Assembly: GCA_946965045.2 (NCBI GenBank)
Contig: OX337241.1
Location: 2,170,001 to 2,234,000 of the forward strand
Direction: 5' to 3'
Length of the DNA stretch: 64,000 nt
From: Epithemia pelagica
Taxonomy: Eukaryota; Protista; Bacillariophyta
The notes under the pieces were generated by a model. That model was not told where the DNA came from. It worked only from the letters and a program-made list of their open reading frames with translations, and searched no databases. The position numbers were made by a program, and so were the translations under genes. This document shows, one piece after another, positions 57,336 to 64,000 of this stretch. The stretch's first letter is position 1; every line of letters starts with the position of its first letter.

Positions 57336-58784
57336 CTAGAAACCAAAGTCACCATCATCGAAATCGTAGTCGTCATCTCCCTTATTGTCATCATCATCGC
57401 TGTCCTCGTCATTGTCCATTTCCGCCGCCTCGTCAAAGTTCGACAGTTCCACAAAGTCCACTTTCCACCTTAATATACCACCGATACCCCCAAATCCCTT
57501 GACGAATTGGGTGCCTTCGCCAGACCGATCGGTCACAAACTCAAGGTTACAACCGAATTGCTTGTAATTATTGGCAAACCATTCCACAAGGGTTTCCTTG
57601 TCAACAGTTTCCAATTCGGCCCCCGAGTCAGCATCTCTAAAATTCTTATCATCGCCTTCTTGCTCCTTTGTCAAGTGGACAACCTTTTCTTCTCCGGTTG
57701 TTTGATTGCGCAGAACGTATCGATTCACTTCCAAGTTGTCCCAAATGATCAAGTCTTCTACCGCCCCCAAGTCCAATGCCTTCAGTGTATCTTCCACCAT
57801 AAAACAATATTTTCCCGTGTCTTGCGATATTTCGTCCATGTACTTTTGTAGAAGCTTCTTTTCTTTCATGAGTTTGACATTCGAGAGGGTATCGGCGGAT
57901 GACTCGATTGCTTGATTGAAACCTTGTTCGCCACCATAGGAGACATCGACTAGTTTCAACACAATCTTGACAAGCCGAGGATCGAACAAGTCACTTCGCA
58001 TCAGTTCACTTTTGAAGTCAGCGGAACCAGCCAATACAAGGCCTTGGACGTTGGGCTTTTGACCGTCCGGCACAAAGAGTTGCGTGGCCAATTCGGCCAC
58101 CTTGCGCACATAGTTGTGTCGCTTTTCAAGACGCAATCGAGCAAAACGAAGGGCTGACTGTCCTCCACGTCCGTGTTTCTTTGGTAAGTCCACCGAGAAC
58201 TTGTGCAAAACTTCTCTATTTGATCCTTGGACGGTCCCATACAAACACCCGTTTCCGTCCATTACTATGAATCCAAAGGCTTCGTCGTCCATGAGTAGCT
58301 CCTGGAGATCTTCCGTGTGAAACTTGTTGTCACACAAGTACAGCGAAGTATTGATAGGTTTGAATGGTTCAAAGTCAATGTTTACCTTGCGCTCTTTGCC
58401 ATCTTCAGTTATCACTGTTCCACAATAAATGACCAAACCTGATGATAAAAATTACAACGTGAGTGATCTCGTCGCACGCAATCACTCCAATCGGTCACAG
58501 CGATGAGCCGACTTACCGTTCTTGGGACATTTGTTGTAGAGCTTCAGACGTTGCTGGGTACTTGTAATTGCTGAAAGAACAGAAAGCCGATTCACACGTG
58601 ATTTGATATTGGAAGCAGTACCATATTCATCGGAAAGCATTTTATTGACACGGGAAATTTGATCTCCTGGTGGAATAATGAGCGAGATCATGGATGTTCC
58701 ATTTCCTCGTGCGGCTTCCAAGTTCTTGATCAATTTCTTGACCTTGAATATTTCAATCTGCTGGTCCACTTCATCGTCCGCCAT
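57336..58784 (-). CDS. eRF1: Eukaryotic release factor 1; exons 58784-58517 and 58438-57336
   Basis: TASNIKS, YLCDNKF and GRGGQS motifs; 78-bp GTAAGT...CAG intron 58516-58439. Confidence 0.97.
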
Positions 58785-59195
58785 TGTGTCGTTGTGATGT
58801 GCGTGGTGATAGACGTGAAGTGTACTGTGTTTTGAATGATCAAATCAAGGTCCCTTGCTTCAGACCGTATCCCTGCGTGTTTCACTTGCTCTAGCAAACG
58901 TGATCAAACACAACACAGAGAGAATTGCCTGCTAATAGGATGGTTTGACTTTTCCCCAAGAGAGAGACTTGCTTTCAAAAATGCTGAAAGTCAGTCGAAA
59001 CGGACGGTTTGTGTGCGAACGAACGGCTGAAAACGAATGTGCGACTCCCGCACGCACGGAAATCAGCTAGCAAAGCTATGCCTTCATCCATTCTCACAGA
59101 AAGGCCCCAGATCTATTTCATGAAACAACGTTTCACTTGGCTCTCATTCGTAGAATGACAGTAGTAAATCTTAATTCGCAACCTAAGTTTATTGT

Positions 59196-59768
59196 TCACT
59201 CTTCTTCCTCGCCACCGGCGGCCCTAGAGGCCGCACGCTTTCTGGCCAAACGTCCGGGTGGTCCTTGTCCATAGGGTGAGTTTGTGGAAAAGTCAATGTG
59301 CTTCTCGGACGATGTTCTCACATTGAAGGAAGCAGTATTGACCAATTGCGATCCTACACGAATGTGACGTTGTCGAATCAACACACGGGCGTGATGAATG
59401 GATTTGGCCAAACCTTGCTTGTACACCTTGGTTTGCAAACGACGTTCCAACAATTTTTGTGTGGTCAATTCCAAAATTCCATCCAATTCCAATTCGTCAT
59501 CGCCCAACAGACCATAACGATTCATTCGACGCAAGAGTGCAGCACCTTCAAACAAGCGCTTGGGATTGTCCTTTTCCATAGTCAAGAGTGTACGGGCCGC
59601 TTTTCGGAGCTTGGCCAAAGCGTATTGGCAGCGCCAGATTTCACGCTTGCATCGCAATCCATATTCTCCCACCAATTTCAATTCAGCATCCAAACGTTCC
59701 TTTTCGTACGGACGACGGGGCGTCTTAAAGGTCTTGCGGTAACTACGAACACGAGATTGCTTCGGCAT
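59196..59768 (-). CDS. RPS9: 40S ribosomal protein S9 (uS4)
   Basis: [31 protein letters not shown]...LERRLQT...[18 protein letters not shown]. Confidence 0.97.
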   Translation of the reverse strand: MPKQSRVRSYRKTFKTPRRPYEKERLDAELKLVGEYGLRCKREIWRCQYALAKLRKAARTLLTMEKDNPKRLFEGAALLRRMNRYGLLGDDELELDGILELTTQKLLERRLQTKVYKQGLAKSIHHARVLIRQRHIRVGSQLVNTASFNVRTSSEKHIDFSTNSPYGQGPPGRLARKRAASRAAGGEEEE

Positions 59769-60250
59769 TTTGTGTTCCTGTAATGCAAATCAAGAAAAGA
59801 AAAAGGTCAGAAGAGGTTCTAATCATGTTCTGATGATTCAAAGTAAAAAGAGGTTCCAGCTACGATGCAAAAAATAGGCCAGTTGAACGGCAGAGACATG
59901 CACAAACTCAGGAAACCGGTGTACAAAGGAACCGGTGAACCATTTCCATCCGCAAAAAGACCAAACACAACAGAATCCAAATTTATGGCGCCGTCCATAC
60001 TCCTCGTGAACCTAGTTTCTCCCTACAACAACATTCGTTTTCGAAGTCGTACCTGTTGGCTCTTTCAAGTGTCCTGTTGTCAACGTTCTGGACAAGACAA
60101 AACAACAGCAACACTCTCCAAAGTGGATATCAATGCGTCCACGTTCGGAGAAAGAAAGTACGACGGTAATCGGTAAGGAAGACTGGACGGTCGACGGCCA
60201 GTCCTGATGGAGCCATTTCAATCCCCAGCGTTCGAATCACTCCACCCAAC

Positions 60251-61261
60251 ATGCCCGCGCATTCGACCATGACGACGATGACAATGAAGGAACGACCGTG
60301 TTGGTGGATGGCAGTTCGGACCTTTGTCTGGCTAGTATGGTTAGATATACAGAGACACTATGGAAGTGAGAATCATTCGCTGCTGGTCCATGGATTTGGT
60401 CACCGAATGCGACCATCAAGAACCTTCCTTTCCTCGTCTTGGGCTGGTTCAACAACGACAAGAAGGACACTAGGATCCGATTCACAATCATGCTCCTGGA
60501 CCAGGACGACGAGTCGCCTCTCGATGGTTCGCAACATTGATCTTCCCGAGTGCTTGGTATTCTATGGCATGCCAGATACCTTGTTCGGCAGTCCGGAAGA
60601 TGCACCGGATTCCGGTTTACTTTCCTTGTTGCAAGAATGTCAGGATACCGACACGGCGGTTGTTATTCTTCCCGATGCGACAGATCCAACAACCGAAACG
60701 ACGGCAACACCACCCTCCTTTTCCCATTTGCCTGTATCCAACATTCACTATCATGTACCATTGGCGAGGCCCCCCAATCCATTGGATTTGTACCAAGCCT
60801 TGAATGCGATTACAGTGCAACCGCGACCCTTTGGTGGATCGTCGGGATTTGGAGTCAAACAATACGCCGATCCGGAACGGACTCCCTTGGCCGCTCGAAC
60901 TGTCGTCTTTTGTCAAACATTGGATCAAACACGGGCGGCGCGGTATTGCGGAATGCGGGTTCTCTGCTTCCGAGACAATGATTTGGCGGATGCCATTCTC
61001 GATGATCCCCACAGCATCGACGTGTATTTGGACGATATTGCGACGCCCGGTTCGTTTTGGTTGAATCCACCCAATCCGCAAGATGAAGAAGGCAATAAAG
61101 TGGATATTCATGAACTAATTGAATATTACAGCAATCAGCAAAGCCCTGACAGTGACTCAGCGACAGAGCCTCAACCCTCTATTGAAACTGCTTCCGAAGC
61201 TCAAGAAGAGATGGGCGATGATGAAATGCAGCGAATTCTTGCCGACCTGTCTCCTTTGTAA
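60251..61261 (+). CDS. Hypothetical protein with a degenerate HAD-like fold (start uncertain)
   Basis: LVFYGMPDTLF (motif I-like, no DxD) and RTVVF......RAARYCGMRVLC (motif IV-like); acidic tail. Confidence 0.5.
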   Translation: MPAHSTMTTMTMKERPCWWMAVRTFVWLVWLDIQRHYGSENHSLLVHGFGHRMRPSRTFLSSSWAGSTTTRRTLGSDSQSCSWTRTTSRLSMVRNIDLPECLVFYGMPDTLFGSPEDAPDSGLLSLLQECQDTDTAVVILPDATDPTTETTATPPSFSHLPVSNIHYHVPLARPPNPLDLYQALNAITVQPRPFGGSSGFGVKQYADPERTPLAARTVVFCQTLDQTRAARYCGMRVLCFRDNDLADAILDDPHSIDVYLDDIATPGSFWLNPPNPQDEEGNKVDIHELIEYYSNQQSPDSDSATEPQPSIETASEAQEEMGDDEMQRILADLSPL

Positions 61262-61401
61262 ACAAATTGATGATGATCGGACCCTAGTTTAGTGCGATGC
61301 TTCTTCAGATCAAGTTTGTGCCTGACAAAAGTTCACGAGCATGGGAAAATTTGGATCGAATTCGTGGGTTTGTCTCCATTTTTACTTCAGGTCTTATCTA
61401 C

Positions 61402-63210
61402 CTATATTGATTCAAGATAGTCCTTCATATCTTGTCGTTCCCAGCTGCTGTTCTCCGTGGAGTCCCCTTCCGACGCTAAGGTCACACCAAAAAAGGCATC
61501 GGTTTGAGCGTGCATCAATACGGGATGACGGTTCAACAAGTCTTTGGCATCGTCTGCATCGGCTTGAATTTGGGCAATCAGTTCGGGAAATGATCCAAAC
61601 TTTTGCTCGGGTCTCAAGTAGGCTAGTAATTCCAGTCGCATGGGCTCGCCGTAAAAGTCTGACAAAGGCTCCTTTGGCATTAAATGGGCTTCAATAATCT
61701 TTTCCGGATTGGTTTGACCTTCAAAGGTGGGTGAATAACCAACATTGACCACTGCCGGATGTACCGTGGACGGTTGCTGACTTTGGCCCTCCACTTGGGC
61801 CCATCCGACATAGACACCCGTTTCTAAATCATGTAGAGCATCTTGTAGAAATTGACTGGCGGCGAGATTGGCTGTGGGGAACCCTAGTTTCTTGCCTCCC
61901 CGACCAAACCCACTGGCCACGGGACCCCGGAATCGCCACACATGAGACAAGAGTTTATGTCGGACTCTCCGCAAGGCACAATAATAAAAAGGGACCGACT
62001 CTTGCGGAAATGGTACAGAGTCATCCATTGTCCTACGGGCTTGGGCCATGGACGATGGATCCAATTCTTGTAGGAATTCCTCCACTTCCAATGGTACATC
62101 CATTAACTGAGGAAAGGACCATTGCAGTGGAAGCAAATGCGGAACCGTGCGTGGATCCGATTCGTGTAGTTGTTGAACAAAGTTTGCTCCCAAAGGATGT
62201 GTGATAAACAACTTTCCAAATGGCGCAGTCGCATTCACGTTTTTGTTGGCTGATTGCAAAAGCATGGTCAAATGCTGCAAGACACGAGCTTGGGACAAGA
62301 AGTTGCCCCAACACGCATTGCATACAATACCATCGAATTTCAATGGTGTCGAAGGTTCGTCGTTGGTATCCTCGGTTGTTTTGGCATCGACAAGGATGCC
62401 AGGATATTCCATGATATCCCCCACAACCACCTCGATTTCATGTTCCTTGTATTGTTCCAGTAAGTATTGAGCGTGCTCTTGAGCGTGTTGGACCATTTGA
62501 GGCGATAAATCAACACCCTGAATACGTAGTTTCATGTTTCGCCGAGTGGCCTCCTCCAACAAAAACGGCCAGAGAGCACCTGTGCCTGCAGCAACATCGA
62601 GCAAGCCAAAGGAAGCGCCATCCATTTCTTCCTTGCCGTCTCCCATGGTCAATTGATCTCGTTCCATCTTGAGTGACGCGACAATCTTGGATGCCAACGT
62701 CTCATAAATGGGTATCAACTCGGGTGGAATGGTTTGTTTTTCGGCAAACACGGGAGCCATGTTATCAAACATTTCCTGTTGGTGTTGGAGAAAGGCGGAT
62801 GAGTCTTTCGTGGCTTCATCTTTGTCCAAAAAGGAAGAATCTGCAGCGATTTGGTCACTGGTCGTACTATGTTTGGCTACAAGATCGGCATTCCTCAAAA
62901 AGGGCTTGTTCTTTTCGTCGTCGGCTGATGAAGAGGAGGAGGATGTCATCCATCGGCGACAAGACGTGGTCGGAGCGTAGAAAGCGCAATTGTACTGATG
63001 AACTGTAGTTTTGGATGGGGACATTCGTTCCAGAGCCAAGCTTCGTAGCTGTTGGCGCCGAACCGCGAACGCTTCCACACCAACCATTGGCCTCCAAAGC
63101 CAATGTGAAGCTTGCCGAGAACCCTCGTGGCACAGCATGAGTAAAACAACAAAGCTAAAGAGCAGGACCGTACGGCGTCCTTTGTCACATTGCTGGATTG
63201 TCCGTCTCAT
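61402..63210 (-). CDS. Class I SAM-methyltransferase-like domain fused to riboflavin kinase, with a signal/transit-like N-terminus
   Basis: LLDVAAGTGAL, IQGVDLSPQMV, VVVGDI, FDGIVCNAC, then GPVASGFGRGGKKLGFPTANL, GVYVGWA, VNVGYSPTF, IEAHLM, DFYGE, YLRPEQKF in one uninterrupted ORF. Confidence 0.88.
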   Translation of the reverse strand: MRRTIQQCDKGRRTVLLFSFVVLLMLCHEGSRQASHWLWRPMVGVEAFAVRRQQLRSLALERMSPSKTTVHQYNCAFYAPTTSCRRWMTSSSSSSADDEKNKPFLRNADLVAKHSTTSDQIAADSSFLDKDEATKDSSAFLQHQQEMFDNMAPVFAEKQTIPPELIPIYETLASKIVASLKMERDQLTMGDGKEEMDGASFGLLDVAAGTGALWPFLLEEATRRNMKLRIQGVDLSPQMVQHAQEHAQYLLEQYKEHEIEVVVGDIMEYPGILVDAKTTEDTNDEPSTPLKFDGIVCNACWGNFLSQARVLQHLTMLLQSANKNVNATAPFGKLFITHPLGANFVQQLHESDPRTVPHLLPLQWSFPQLMDVPLEVEEFLQELDPSSMAQARRTMDDSVPFPQESVPFYYCALRRVRHKLLSHVWRFRGPVASGFGRGGKKLGFPTANLAASQFLQDALHDLETGVYVGWAQVEGQSQQPSTVHPAVVNVGYSPTFEGQTNPEKIIEAHLMPKEPLSDFYGEPMRLELLAYLRPEQKFGSFPELIAQIQADADDAKDLLNRHPVLMHAQTDAFFGVTLASEGDSTENSSWERQDMKDYLESI

Positions 63211-64000
63211 GGTCCTTGATGTCAAAGATATTGTTCCAAAAAATGAGAGGGAAGAAGGGCGACTGATCCTATCATAACAGTCGTGGTTTTGGAAATCTAC
63301 CCTCTTTTCTCCATTTCTACTCCTAGCATGCAATAGCTATGCCTCTTTGCCCGTTTGGGGAAAGTTTCTTGCTCCTAACGCAGTTTTAGTTGCTTTATCT
63401 AATAGGTCAACGACTTCATGATGAAGCAGCTTCTATCAAACACAGAAATGTTGTGTGAGTGGTGTGGATCATGCATGGCCTTTTGGGGTGGAACGAACGG
63501 CTCCAAGTTTGGCGCTCATTCGGTTTTCTGAGGAAGTGGCACGGTGCCCACCAATGCGGCCAAGTTTCCATGTTACTAAACGTTTTCGCTATACGCTATT
63601 TCGAGGCGTGAGCGCGTCCGATCCATCCATAGGAGCAAGATGACGTTTCGGCTACCACCATGACACCAACCAAGAACGAGATGAACAAGCAATTCCATGA
63701 ATGAGACAACAACGGGTACAAGGCAAGGATATGGCGTCATCACGGCGACTTGTAACATGGACATTGCCATCCGAGAGTCAATGTGTCCCTTTTGTGATCC
63801 CAGATGAGTTCTGTGCAGTCAGGAAACATCCGTCAATGGCACAGATTTCGTTACAAACAAAGTCTGACGGCATGGAATACAGCCCGAGACGTGCTTGTGT
63901 CTTTCTTTGGCAAGATATCCATTGGATCGCTCGAGATCGTGATAATATGCTGAGCCCAATGAAGCAGAGGCTCTTGTTCCATCCATGCTTTCTTTGTCCG

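Noticed and set aside
1-64000. Alternative genetic code suggested by several single in-frame stops (15222 TGA, 23959 TGA, 35285 TAG, 45915 TAA, 52046 TGA)
   Set aside because: All three stop codons terminate housekeeping genes here (TAA nucleolin and PRP38, TGA PINX1 and RPS9, TAG eRF1). These genes have no internal stops, and eRF1 has canonical NIKS and YxCxxxF motifs.
63455-64000. Gene fragment at the window end
   Set aside because: No frame is open across the region and no motif was recognised.

Overview
Eukaryotic genomic window, most likely from a raphid pennate diatom. This is inferred from short GT-AG introns, bipartite signal/transit-peptide-like N-termini, a CoDi-type Copia element and low-complexity coding tracts. 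Both ends carry housekeeping genes: COG7, ClpS-like, nucleolin-like, PINX1-like and PRP38 on the left; eRF1, RPS9, a HAD-like protein and a methyltransferase-riboflavin kinase fusion on the right. The middle (about 6.8-56 kb) is a heavily rearranged accessory region. It contains a duplicated monooxygenase/SDR/Patched block (one copy collapsed by deletions), a young 7.0-kb Ty1/Copia retrotransposon, two small non-autonomous DNA transposons, a multi-kb inverted repeat with an internal re-inversion and a fold-back palindrome, a tandem duplication around an HNH-like ORF, a HET-like/TPR gene, a TOP1 pseudogene and three paralogs of an RVxF-motif family. The strongest novelty candidate is the Copia element. 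Its 5' leader holds a tRNA-like A-box/B-box module, a structured body with a UUCG hairpin and a T8 run (a candidate nested Pol III RNA), and its gag and pol are in frame, separated by a single UGA. All protein identifications come from motif recognition by eye; no database search was run.
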